64,000 bases of DNA from Schmidtea polychroa (lineage: Eukaryota), in the NCBI GenBank assembly GCA_044892525.1, contig CM097885.1:162564001-162628000 (forward strand). Reading direction: 5' to 3'. The notes beneath the pieces were generated by a model. The model worked only from the letters and a program-made list of their open reading frames with translations, was not told the origin of the DNA and did not search any database. Both the position numbers and the translations under genes were made by a program. Below, piece by piece: positions 13,871 to 25,406 of the stretch (position 1 is the stretch's first letter; each line of letters starts with the position of its first letter).

Positions 13871-14891
13871 CGTGTTCGGATAAGAACACAGTTAACCGAA
13901 CACAAAAGAAGAAATAAAGCTGCTGAAGACGATGATTGGCCTACTGGGGGGGACCTGGTTCACCCTCGTCCAGATGAAAGAGTCCATCCAGAAGGTACTG
14001 AGATTGAAACACTGTAGAGATAACCTCTTCGAAAAGAGTCGGACCCAAAGTACCCTCATACAGGAGCACTTCCAAGCCTTGTATCAAGTGTACACAAAGA
14101 ACAAACTCGAGGCTAGAATCAAAGGGCTATATTAAGACAAGAGATCTAAGGTGCAGCTGTCACCAATAGTTCAGTTTATTCAATGTTGATTTCAAGCTCT
14201 ACAGCCCTAACCGCTGAAACAAATGACAATCTAATCGTAATAGTCACGCATTACCAGGCCTTCAACTCAAGCGATACGTCCACGTCCTAAGCGCAAACAA
14301 ATCTCGTGCTCAGGGTCTAACAAACGCAAGCTAGCCAAAGAAGCGGCCGAAATGGGTATCTTGGCCACCAATATTTGTCCACCGGAGGTCGATCTCCCGA
14401 TCTCTTGCACGAGCCTTCCTTGGATGTGAAACCAAGAGATCAGTTCAACCTAGATGAAATCTTAGTGAATGCTGAGGACGAAATTTTCTGGCAATGATTT
14501 CCTTGACTATTTAATATAGATTTATTTATTATCCGCAGTCACAAACCCGTCGAGAAGGTTTGCAGAGGTTTCACCTGCTCTGTAGCTTTCTCCGACTTAG
14601 CACTATTCCAACATGGTTGCAACTATAACTGGTTAGTTGTTTTGAAATAGTGATGCGGCGACTTTCTGGAACTTGTACTCATCGCAACCTATGATCATAC
14701 CCTCACAGTCAATTTTCTTCTACATTCTCTTTGAACTTTCGCCGAGTAAGCGCCAACAATATCAATATTAGTATAATATTTGTATAAATAAATTGATATA
14801 ATCGAACAATTGAATAAGTATTTATATTATTATTATAGTAATTTTATATTGTAACAATTATTCGATTGTTATTTAACACTGAATCATATAA

Positions 14892-15302
14892 CAGGGGAGG
14901 CCAACCTGTGGCTCGCGAGCCGCATGCGGCTCTTTGAAGGTTTATTTGCGGCTCCTGATAAATTTATTTGATTCACTTTTTTATTTTTCCACTATATTTA
15001 AGAATTATTATCGTTGAGTATGTGTCTCAAAATGTCTTTTAAATTAATCATCACAAATATAAAGAATAAATGCAACGTTGTAATAAATTTTATTTTCGTC
15101 CAAGCTAAAATAGGAATGACTCATCAAAATAATTTGTATCAAATGGGCTAAGAATATAATTTTAATATGTAATTTTTTGTAAGTTAATTAAATTTTTTTA
15201 TTATTTTTTCGCACATCTTTTGAATACGTATTTTTTGCGGCTCACAAAACATTTTGAATTTCGAAAAATGGCTCGGGCTATCGAGGAGCTTGGCCACCCC
15301 TG
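14892..15302. mobile_element. hAT (Charlie/Buster-type) MITE, 411 bp
   Basis: TIRs CAGGGGAGGCCAA / TTGGCCACCCCTG; 8-bp TSD TCATATAA / CCATATAA (7/8); GCGAGCCGCATGCGGCTC subterminal palindrome. Confidence 0.85.
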
Positions 15303-15403
15303 CCATATAATAATAATATTATCACTGTAATATATTTAATATCTGTCTAAGTAGTCGAAAAAATTGCAATTAATACCCTTATCTGAATATAAATTCTATT
15401 ATT

Positions 15404-15643
15404 TGTTGGGGTTCAACAAGAGAGGCACAAAAATGTGGTGAAAATTGACAAAAACACCAAATTCAAAATAAAAATTTAAAGTACAAAATATTAATTAAAA
15501 ATCAAAAAATTTTTAAAAAATGAATATTTTCTGGGGGAAACTGGTATGGGCGGATGCTAAATAATGAGACGAGTTCAGCTATAATAAAATAAAATCAATG
15601 GGGGTCCCCAAAAGGAATAAATTACAAAAAACAAAAATTAATT
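15404..15643. repeat. Partial inverted copy of the 4654-5433 element end
   Basis: TGTTGGGGTTCAACAAGAGAGGCAC... is the reverse complement of about 5192-5433 with few differences. Confidence 0.8.
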
Positions 15644-17043
15644 TATTCTTAACGAATTCTTCATTGAGATAGGCTAGTGCTTTTCCAGGGTTCCAATATT
15701 CATACCGAAAATCATCAGTTCGCCCACGATCCATCAACACTAGTGGATTTAACTCTTCGATGCACCAGACTTGTGTATTAATTTGATAAACAATTTCTGG
15801 TTGATAAATTCATCATAATATCCGTTCACATTTATTTGTAGAGTTAATCAAATTCTTGATAAACACGCTAAGAGACGAATGTAAGAGGTAAGTCCTTTTA
15901 TCGGCACTCACGAACCCGTACTGTGAACCTTGTGGAGAGTAGTCCTAACGTAGGGGCTTACCTGTCTACAAGTTCCGACCTGCGTATGCATCTCCAACAT
16001 GAAATACCTTCATGAGCATGCGTATGGGAGATTAATTGGAAGTCATTAAGGGAGCATAAGAAAGCCAACGGAGCATACAAACATTTACCCTAAGTGACCA
16101 ACACTTTTTTCTTCATATGTTAACGCGATACTTATTTGGGTCCGCTCTTCAATATACAATAAAGTTCCCCTTCTATGTCAATAGCAAAAAGAATTATTTT
16201 TCTTTCAAAAGAAATAACGTATTCAAGAAGTGAAACGCAATATTTCCTCTACTTTGTATTTTTAATGGTAAGTTAATTCAGGTGTGTCTTTACGCCCATC
16301 TTGGAATGTAAGTTTTACAAGAACTGATCTTCTTTTCTTTCTAAATAATGTATAACTTTATTACCAAGGAATAGATCAATTTCTTTAAAGCAAAAAGCTA
16401 ATTGCTTTAGCGTGTTGCCTATGCAATAACTATTGAATGTAGTGGTTGATTTGTTAAAATTCTTTCAATGGTTTCTTTCACATATCACGGACGGAATGTG
16501 TTTTGAAAAATAAGCCGTGTTTTATTTGAAAGTGTCTTTCTATATTCGACTTCATATTATTTGGAATTTGTTCATTGCAAATAGGACATTTCACAATAAA
16601 CGCAAAAGATTCAATCCATGAACTTTTGAATTCGCGATGTTTACGTGCAATTTTTCTTAGCAGTCATTGAACGGTATATATAAAGGTTAAAAATAAATAA
16701 ATATAAATATAAACATAAATAAGAAAAACCAAATAAAACCAAAAATAATATAATAATTATACAAACCCTGGGATAAAAATATTTTAAAATCACAAAAAAT
16801 ACAGGGGAAATAGAAGTTCATAGAAAAAGCGATACCAACCGCACCAATGGAAAGATCAGGCCACAGCCTGAAACAATAAATGGAAATAAATTTATTCTTT
16901 TGTGACTATTTAACCAAATGATCCGAAATAGGAAAAAATTGCGATTACCGAGTAACCGGATATTTCGAGTAACTCGATACCCGATTAATTTGCAAAATAC
17001 CCGAGCGGGTATATTATATTAACATTATTGCACGAAGTAATTA

Positions 17044-19328
17044 CCGTATTTTCGCGCATATACCCCGCATACGCGTATAACCCGCACACGCGTATACCCT
17101 GCACAAATTACAAAATAAGTAAAAACAAAATCGTACGACCCGCACTCTTATATACCCCGCATGTGCAAAGTGAGACTTGCCGTAAACTACCAGTACATAA
17201 GGTTGTTGCTTATCAGACGTCTGTCCCTCGAGACGCAATCGTGCTGCAGTTGTTGTTCCAACAAGCGATACATGGAGTGCAACACGCGTGTGAAATACGA
17301 TACGAGCCTACGTCGTATCTGTAGTATGTTGTTTTGACAGAAAGTCGTTGACCTAGTTATCTGGTGATGGTAGGAGAAAGATTTACTGCAGCAGCTGAGC
17401 TGGGCCCTACGATTGGCCTGATTGTGCATCGGCTGGTGCTCGGCCTTATTGTGTAGGCTATTAATTCCTGGGGTAATCAGCAGCACGGGTATTCTTGTAG
17501 TTTGAACTTCGTAGCGTATAGTGTGCAGCACGTGCAATTAAAGTGTATAAAAAAAGTGTATAAATTCTAATCAGTACTCAGTAAAGTCTTTTAAGCCTAA
17601 AAATGCCAAAGCGTAATTCATATACAGCCGATTTTAAGCTGCAAGTTTGTGCAGTTGCTGCTACAAAGGGCAATAGAGCGGCTGGAAGACAGTATGACGT
17701 TGATGAAAAGTCAGTTCGCGAATGGCGAAAAGACATTGAAAGTCTACAGCAAATTAATCCCCGCAAAAGAGCTCGTCGAGGGGGAAAGGTTAGATGGCCA
17801 CAGCTGGAGACAAACCTCACAGCATGGGTTCGCTCTCAGCATGAAAACAACAGGGCAGTGTCAACTGTTGGTATCAAACTGAAGGCGAAAATAATGGCTC
17901 CTGAAATGAAGATGGATAATTTCACTGGTAGCAACAACAGGGTTTTTAAATTCATGACACGTAATCAGCTGTCGGTTCGTGCACGGACAACTGTTGGCCA
18001 GAAACTGCCAGAGAATTGGGAAGTGAAAGTTAACGACTTTCAGGAATTTGTTAGAAAGGATATCGTTGAACAGAATTTAAATCCTTCTACTGTCTATAAT
18101 ATGGATGAGGTACCCATGTCTTTTGATATTCCGGCAACTCGCACTGTAGCGGAAAGTGGTTGTAAAACGGTTGCTATTACCACAACTGGACATGAACGCA
18201 CCTGCTTCACGGTTGTCCTGGCGTGCTCAGCTGCCGGTGAGAAGTTGAAACCATTGATTATATTCAAAAGATTGACAATGCCACGTGAGAAACTGCCTCA
18301 GGGAGCAATCGTACTGTGCAACAAAAAAGGATGGATGAACACGGACGTGATGAAAGAGTGGACTGAACGATGCTTTCGTGCTAGACAGGGTGGATTCTTT
18401 CTGCCAAAGTCGTTGTTGATTTTTGATGCAATGGCTGCACACAAAGAGCCGTCTGTTCACAAACAGATCAATAAGACCTGTGCGCACATTGCTGTCATTC
18501 CGGGTGGCTTAACATGTAAGCTTCAGCCACTTGACATCGCTGTTAATCATTCATTCAAGTGTTTTGTCAGCAACGAATGGGAGAAATGGTTGAGTGAAGG
18601 AGAACACACATTCACACCATCAGGAAAGCAGAGATGTGCTACGTACATTGAAGTATGCAAATGGGTTCTGGCAGCGTGGCAGCAAATCAGCACTGAAACT
18701 ATTCGCAATGGTTTCAAGAAGGCTGGCCTGCTAACAGTTAGTGAAGCTAATTCAGAGCCAGCAGTAGGGGGCAGCTTCATTTCGGCCGACAATGTGAACG
18801 CTGATACTGACGATGATGATAGTGATGAAGAGTCGATTTATGACCCAACTGCTGTTGCCAACATGCTTCGCTTATTTGAAGAAGACAGTGAATATGATAC
18901 GAGTTTCGATGGCTTCACTAACTATAGCGAGGACAGTGACATTAGTGAGACTGGCGATTGATTGCGGCTGTATTGCATGCATTGTAGTCTATACGTTTCG
19001 ACACTACTGGTATCGGCAAATTAGTTTAGTTGCTTACCTACTTGTTACATTTGATTACTAGTATATTAAAGATTCTCTGCCGCATCGGTACTATTTGTTT
19101 TCTTGAGGTTTATAATGAGATGTTCATAAAGCTTTCCAATGTACATTTCACAACCACACAGCGAACTATAGGAGGTATAAAGACCCACCGGTATGTCAAT
19201 AGTTTCCGTTATGCTATGTTTATGAGTAAAATAAATTTTGTAAACCCCGCACCTTTGTATACCCCGCACAGCTGCCATTCGTTTGGAAAAACTTGTATAA
19301 CCCGCGGGTTATATGCGCGAAAATACGG
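17044..19328 (+). mobile_element. Full-length pogo-family (Tc1/mariner superfamily) DNA transposon, 2285 bp
   Basis: Perfect 19-bp TIRs CCGTATTTTCGCGCATATA; TA TSD at 17042-17043 and 19329-19330; intact transposase inside. Confidence 0.95.
17603..18961 (+). CDS. pogo transposase, DD35D (Brinker-like HTH + CENP-B HTH + DDE_1)
   Basis: NMDEVP, LIFDAM and LQPLD with 35 residues between the last two Asp; 452 aa, uninterrupted; acidic C-terminal tail. Confidence 0.92.
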   Translation: MPKRNSYTADFKLQVCAVAATKGNRAAGRQYDVDEKSVREWRKDIESLQQINPRKRARRGGKVRWPQLETNLTAWVRSQHENNRAVSTVGIKLKAKIMAPEMKMDNFTGSNNRVFKFMTRNQLSVRARTTVGQKLPENWEVKVNDFQEFVRKDIVEQNLNPSTVYNMDEVPMSFDIPATRTVAESGCKTVAITTTGHERTCFTVVLACSAAGEKLKPLIIFKRLTMPREKLPQGAIVLCNKKGWMNTDVMKEWTERCFRARQGGFFLPKSLLIFDAMAAHKEPSVHKQINKTCAHIAVIPGGLTCKLQPLDIAVNHSFKCFVSNEWEKWLSEGEHTFTPSGKQRCATYIEVCKWVLAAWQQISTETIRNGFKKAGLLTVSEANSEPAVGGSFISADNVNADTDDDDSDEESIYDPTAVANMLRLFEEDSEYDTSFDGFTNYSEDSDISETGD

Positions 19329-19773
19329 TACTAAATTTATATTTAAAATGTTAGTGTAAATTATATAATTTAATTTTAATTGTATTTTTAAATTGCATAT
19401 ATTTTGAATATTAATAAATTAATTTTTATTTCTATTGTCTAATTTCATCAATAAGTTTAAAAAGTCTAACTGATAATAAATTAATTTCTTATTTACAATT
19501 ATTTTATAAATTATAAATTATATTATTATATTATATTAAATTATATTAATATAATATAATAATATAAAAATAATATAAAATTTAATTATATTAAATTATA
19601 TTAAAATATATTAAATTATATTATTATAAATTATTATGAATTTACTACGATTCATTTAATTTTTTTGATTGAAAAGGATAATATATCTAATAATTAATAT
19701 TTTAAATTATCTTTTGTGATAATTATTTTCGAAATTGAAATATTTAGTGTAAAATAAATTTAAATAATAAATT

Positions 19774-21016
19774 AGTAGGTAGATAGTGGCCTACGGGAAC
19801 AATTACCCCCCCCCCCCCCCGGGGGGGGGGGGGGGGTTTGTTCCCAAATTTTTATTACGCAATTGTTCCCAACTCATTTTTTTGCTTTCAGGGATTTTTG
19901 GTCCAAATTTTTTTTTATCACACTATAGTGAGAGGGTCTTGATGGTCCTGGGAATTTCTATACAAAAATCCGACTACCACTAAAAAAGCCAAGGATTATT
20001 CACACTATAGTGAGGGGGTCTCGATGGTCCTGGGATTTTCAATACAAATAAAATTTTTTCTATACAAAAATCCGACTACCACTAAAAAAGCCAAGGATTA
20101 TTCACACTATAGTGAGGGGGTCTCGATGGTCCTGGGATTTTCAATACGAAAAATTTTTTTCTATACAAAAATCCTACTATCAATAAAAAAGCCAAGGATT
20201 TATCACGCTATAGTGAGGTGAGTCTCCTTGGTCCTGAGAAATAGGTGGTCTACACTAAAAAACGTGGTAAATTTTTCAATTACAGTAAATTACGGTCCAA
20301 ATTTTTCAATTAAAGTAAATAATGGTTCTAAAAATTAAATTAAAGTTAATTATGGCTCAAATTTTTCAAATAAGGTAATTATGGTTCTAAAAAATTAAAT
20401 TAAAGTTAATTATGGCTCAAATTTTTTAATTAAAGTAAATAATGGTTCTAAAAATTAAATTAAAGTAAATTATGGTTCTAAAATATTAAATTACAGTAAA
20501 TTATGGTCCAGATTTTTCAATTAAAGTAAATAATGGTTCTAAAAATTAAATTAAAGTTAATTATGGCTCAAATTTTTCAATTACAGTAAATAATGGTTCT
20601 AAAAATTAAATTAAAGTAAATTAAGGTTCTAAAAAATTAAATTAAAGTTAATTAAGGTCTAAATTTAAAATTAAGTAATCAATGGTAAAAAATTTTAAAT
20701 AAGTAATAATTTTTAAATAAGTAAATTAAAGTAATAATTTTTAAATAAGTAAATTAAAGTAATGTAATAAGTAAATTAAAGTAAGATTTTAAAATTTATT
20801 AACAAAAAGTTGAAGGTGTTTGAGAATTGAAATTTTTTAATGGAAATTTTTATGAAATATTTTTTTAAGTAATTTTTAATGGAAATTTTTATGAAATATT
20901 TTTCAATGATAATTTTAGATGGAAATTTTTAAGATAACTTTTAATGAAAATTTTTATGAAATATTTTTCAAAGTCAAATGAAAATTTTAACGAAATAATA
21001 ATAAAAATAATAATAA

Positions 21017-21069
<53 letters not shown>

Positions 21070-21148
21070 TATCGACCAAATACATAAAAATGAACTAGAC
21101 ACATAAAACACAAACAATTAACAAATGTAAAGATATAAAATTTATTCA
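19774..21148 (+). repeat. Left TIR of the Polinton (1375 bp) with internal tandem arrays
   Basis: Reverse complement of 34332-35984. Contains a C15G16 hairpin, ~80-105-bp CACTATAGTG repeats, ~30-bp AT-rich repeats and an (ATA)n tract. Confidence 0.92.
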
Positions 21149-21154
21149 ATAAAA

Positions 21155-24100
21155 TTAGTCCTCATCGGACAAAATAACGTCATCGATATCGATGTCATCT
21201 TCTTCATTAAATTCTTCCTCATCTTCTCCAAAATCTTCATTTAATTCTTCCTCATCTTCTCCATCATTTTCTCCATCATTTTCTCCATCATTTTCTGAAA
21301 CATTTTCTGCAACAATTTCTCCAACATTTTCTCCAATATTTAATTCACTTAATCTTACATGCCCATATGCAAGACTAGCGTTTTTCCCCACCCAAACCCT
21401 TTTGTCATCTTTGTTTGTTAGTGCTATTTTTGTGTTTTTAATTGTAAAAATTTGATGATTTTTGCTTGTTATTTTAGTCTGAGGAACCGAAAAAATCTGG
21501 TTAGTGTTATAACAATCCAGGTATGACTGATGTTTTATGTCACTACCTTTCAATGTTACACCTTTAGCCTTTTTTGTTTCCTCATCACCCAACAAGCTAT
21601 AACATTTAGGTCTAAGAAAAACCCACTCCTTATATTTAAGACCTTTATTCTCGTCTTTGAACTTTCCAATGACTGAATCAAGGTTCTTACTATATAAGGA
21701 ATGACAACTATTGTAATTGGAAGTATCTAATAAATTATCTCGAATCATTGCAGGTAAAAGAACCTCAAGTTTGCAGTTAATGACTTCGAGGAAAAAAGAA
21801 TCTGTATCACCTGCAACGATATTAATTTTACAATTAAACTCATTGCGAAATGATTCCAGATCCTTATATTGCAATTCATACATTCTAAGTTTAGATAGAT
21901 CAAGTACAGATTGACCAATGTAACTCGGTCTATCTAAACATATAGAATCTGAATTCAATAGTGTTGCAATTAAATTATCAGCTATTTTAATAGATTTTTT
22001 AAAAGTCGGTTTTGACGAATATTTAACTAATTTACCGGCAGTTGTACAAAGACGAAGATTCATTCTTCTCTTTAAATTTTCAACTGTTTTGCCGTATAAA
22101 CTGTTATTTAGCAATTTATAATAATTTTTATCTAAGTTATTTACGCTTTTTGATCTTAATTCGGTATTTGTATCTATATATTTTTTAAAAATTGGTGATT
22201 GCTTAAATCTTACACCTCTATTTACATGTGTTACTTTAACACCAAGTTCTAAATATAATTTTAATAATCTCCAATGAATAACATAATTAGATTTTGGAAG
22301 ATGAGTTAATAATAATTTTTCAACCTTAGACCCAGCAGGTTTCATTTTTTCAGCAGCTACAGGGAAATCATCCAACTTATCATGAAGCTCAGAAGGAATT
22401 ACAAGATCAACTTCAAGTGTGTATCCATAAGACAAAGATTCAAGATTTAAATTCCTACATTCATCCAGTATTTTATCAAATCCATCAAGAACCCAACAAA
22501 ATTCGCCACAAGGTAATGATTGACTTAAAGCCCACCCATAAAGATTATTAATATCTATATAAAGTAACTCGGTGTTCTCGTCGGTTTTTACGTAATGCTT
22601 ATTCACAAAAGTAAGACCGCCTCTTATTCCACCCTCATAAAAGCTAAACATTTCGTTTTCAGTTATGAGTTCAATTGGTTCATTTAAAGACATTAATGCA
22701 GAAGACCAAGACATGCCTGGAATTCCGAAATAATTCAAAGGTTCTAATCTATTGTGAGCAATTGATTTCAACCTAAACTGATGAAAGAAATCAGCCAAAA
22801 GAAAACAATCAAGTTTTAGGTAGATCATCATATAATCTAATAAAGTTCTGCAATTAGATTCTACCCAAATCTCCTGAGCTTTTTCATACTCAAGCTCAGT
22901 GACACCCTCCCAGATTGGTGGTAATTCATACGTAGTTTGTAGAACATCTAAAGAAGTGGCGAAATTATAAGGGAAGATTCCTTTTTCACCTACTATGGTG
23001 CCAGAAAAAGCAGAATTAGTAAAAGGCAAAGAATTCAAAGTTTTGACTGCTTTAGCCAAAGAATCATTGACAAATTGATATGAATCAATGAATCTTATGC
23101 TAATTTTGCCTAAATGAGCAATCAAAGATATAAATTTTTCCGTAGTTATTGGGATGCACCCTAAATTCCAATTTTTAAATTTATTTAATCCATATTTAAG
23201 TATATGATGCATATCGTATCCCTTCAAGTTGTGAAATACGATAGGCAAAATTTTATTTATTTTTCTATTTACGTTACATGTGCTACAAGCTGCACCCAAG
23301 TATTTGCCCGTAAAATGATCGTGATCTCTAACAGGATCCACGATAGATTTCAAACAAAGATAACAAACCGTTGAATTAATGAATTGTTGTTGCTCAATTT
23401 TAGTTAATTTAATCATTGGTTTCCTACCCATTTTATAATAAAAAGGAAGAACCTTATTTAATGCTATATCCTCTATAGCACTTAAAAAACTCTCGACGCA
23501 ATCTAAACCTATAAACTGTTGATAGGATTTAGATCCGTCAAAGTTATTTACTAGTAAAAGACCAGCAGATATTGGCATGTGTCGCTGAAAATGAACATTA
23601 TCACAAGGTAAAATAGCCTCAAAATCGGCATAAACTACGAAAGGAGGAGTTACTGTTTTCGACCAGTCAGTAAACTGTAAGAATTTATTTTCAGGGAAAG
23701 TATAAAGAGTAGTTCCTAATTGATTGCGTTTGCATAATATTTCATGTTTTTCTAGTGCGTTTCTGTTGTTAAAACCATTCAAACAACGATGACACCATAT
23801 TGATCGTATGCGTGTAGGACAACTAGTGTTTATGTGGCAATTCAGTAACCTATTTAAATTGCTTATAGCAATGTAATGGAAATTGTTCCCTTTATTTAAT
23901 AATAGTAAATTAATTACTGTTCCATTTAAAACTTTGGAACGATGTATAATGTCTAAATGGGGGTGTTTTAAAACGTAATTATCTGTTAATTGTTTGTTAT
24001 TGTCATAAGAAAAAACATTAATTATTAAACCAGGATTTTTGGCCTCGAATTTTCTAATATCTTTTAATTTCATTGGTAAGTCTAATGGATTATATATTAA

Positions 24101-25351
24101 CTCAGATAAATTATAACTGGATGTTCTATTTCTATATTGTTTAATAACTTCATCATATTTTAAAATAGCTAAAATGCTATATAAAAAACACGAATCGTCG
24201 GTGTTTTTTACATTAATTAAACAATATTTATTTTTTAGACAAGTAGGTAGTTCAATGAAACTCCTACCACTTAATCTACTTAGCCTACTTATCTTTGTTA
24301 TGGTGAAGTGGATTTCAGTTATTTTTTTTATGATCCAACTACTTCCTAACTCTGTGATATTACTTATTTTCTCGTTTAGTTCCCTAATGCCTTCGTCAAA
24401 AAATGAGGCAGTTAAAGGTTTTGCGTAATTCGAAATATTATTAACCTTTATTTCCCCGTCTTTTTCAAATTCGATTGTTATTCCGAATTGAATTTTGACG
24501 GAGCCTAATTCGTTAATAATATCTCGTAATTTTATAATTAATTGTTCTGGAAATATTATTTCCTTTATATTCAAGTTACTTGTATTTAGACTTAAAATTT
24601 GATGTGTACCCCTTAAATCTTTTTGTACTATGGGTACATTACCTCCTATTTGTACATTAGTAGTCGAAGAGTCGAGTGAAAGATTATCAAATTCATTATT
24701 GGGTTCGCCTACATCCCAAGAGTCGAGTGAAAGATTATCAAATTCATTATTGGGTTCGCCTACATCCCAAGAGTCGAGTGAAAGATTATCAAATTCATTA
24801 TAGGATTCATCAACTAATCCGACCTGGGATTCAACAAAAGGCAATCCATCATTGGATTCAGCAAAAGACAATCCATCATCGGATTCAGCAAAAGACAATC
24901 CATCATTGGATTCAGCAAAAGACAATCCAACATTGGATTCAGCAAAAGGCAATCCATCATTGGATTCATCAACTAATCCGACCTGGGATTCAACAAATGT
25001 ATTTAATTTAATTTTTTTATTAGTAGTATTTATTTCAATAGTTGAAGGACGTTTAAAAATAACATCTTTTTTAGAATTGAACCTATCTAAATGTTGTTTA
25101 TGCTTATTATAAAAAACGCTATATGTTAAGGGCTCGCTAATCTTACATATGGGGCATATAAAAAAAGTTTTATTATAGTATTTTTTAGAATAATAATTCT
25201 CCATTATAGAATGGCAATTATTATGTTCTTTCGACGAACAATAATTTGGATAAAGTATACCTAAAATATATACATTTAAAAATTTGGCTAAAACATTTGA
25301 TAAAAATAATACTATTAAAATTTTCTTATAATTTTGCATGTATGCATCCAA
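21155..25351 (-). CDS. Protein-primed family B DNA polymerase (pPolB) with N-terminal extension
   Basis: Exo motifs YADFEA, FHNLKGYD, YLKLDC; Pol motifs DINNLYG, KLLNNSLYGK, GDTDS. Also an EndoVII-like CYLC...DHDHFTG...CxxCN insert and a C2H2-like CHRC...HEILC. Confidence 0.96.
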   Translation of the reverse strand: MDAYMQNYKKILIVLFLSNVLAKFLNVYILGILYPNYCSSKEHNNCHSIMENYYSKKYYNKTFFICPICKISEPLTYSVFYNKHKQHLDRFNSKKDVIFKRPSTIEINTTNKKIKLNTFVESQVGLVDESNDGLPFAESNVGLSFAESNDGLSFAESDDGLSFAESNDGLPFVESQVGLVDESYNEFDNLSLDSWDVGEPNNEFDNLSLDSWDVGEPNNEFDNLSLDSSTTNVQIGGNVPIVQKDLRGTHQILSLNTSNLNIKEIIFPEQLIIKLRDIINELGSVKIQFGITIEFEKDGEIKVNNISNYAKPLTASFFDEGIRELNEKISNITELGSSWIIKKITEIHFTITKISRLSRLSGRSFIELPTCLKNKYCLINVKNTDDSCFLYSILAILKYDEVIKQYRNRTSSYNLSELIYNPLDLPMKLKDIRKFEAKNPGLIINVFSYDNNKQLTDNYVLKHPHLDIIHRSKVLNGTVINLLLLNKGNNFHYIAISNLNRLLNCHINTSCPTRIRSIWCHRCLNGFNNRNALEKHEILCKRNQLGTTLYTFPENKFLQFTDWSKTVTPPFVVYADFEAILPCDNVHFQRHMPISAGLLLVNNFDGSKSYQQFIGLDCVESFLSAIEDIALNKVLPFYYKMGRKPMIKLTKIEQQQFINSTVCYLCLKSIVDPVRDHDHFTGKYLGAACSTCNVNRKINKILPIVFHNLKGYDMHHILKYGLNKFKNWNLGCIPITTEKFISLIAHLGKISIRFIDSYQFVNDSLAKAVKTLNSLPFTNSAFSGTIVGEKGIFPYNFATSLDVLQTTYELPPIWEGVTELEYEKAQEIWVESNCRTLLDYMMIYLKLDCFLLADFFHQFRLKSIAHNRLEPLNYFGIPGMSWSSALMSLNEPIELITENEMFSFYEGGIRGGLTFVNKHYVKTDENTELLYIDINNLYGWALSQSLPCGEFCWVLDGFDKILDECRNLNLESLSYGYTLEVDLVIPSELHDKLDDFPVAAEKMKPAGSKVEKLLLTHLPKSNYVIHWRLLKLYLELGVKVTHVNRGVRFKQSPIFKKYIDTNTELRSKSVNNLDKNYYKLLNNSLYGKTVENLKRRMNLRLCTTAGKLVKYSSKPTFKKSIKIADNLIATLLNSDSICLDRPSYIGQSVLDLSKLRMYELQYKDLESFRNEFNCKINIVAGDTDSFFLEVINCKLEVLLPAMIRDNLLDTSNYNSCHSLYSKNLDSVIGKFKDENKGLKYKEWVFLRPKCYSLLGDEETKKAKGVTLKGSDIKHQSYLDCYNTNQIFSVPQTKITSKNHQIFTIKNTKIALTNKDDKRVWVGKNASLAYGHVRLSELNIGENVGEIVAENVSENDGENDGENDGEDEEELNEDFGEDEEEFNEEDDIDIDDVILSDED

Positions 25352-25406
25352 TCAAAATTAATTATTTGCTATAAATGATAATTTAATGAAATAAATTTAA
25401 CAAAAA

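Noticed and set aside
17028-19359. Short ORFs in the pogo termini and antisense to its transposase
   Set aside because: No motifs; expected by-products of the more GC-rich element sequence.
19920-20260. Regularly spaced repeats in the TIR resembling a CRISPR array
   Set aside because: The 'spacers' are themselves repeated, there are no cas genes, the context is eukaryotic, and the array is mirrored in the other TIR.
19786-21149. ORFs in the TIRs (65 aa x2, poly-Ile 86 aa, and mirrors at 35297-35858)
   Set aside because: Translations of tandem repeats, homopolymers and the (ATA)n tract, mostly without ATG.
21192-25112. Plus-strand ORFs antisense to pPolB (Ser-rich 87 aa; repeat-derived 111 and 86 aa)
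   Set aside because: Shadows of acidic or repetitive coding sequence on the opposite strand.
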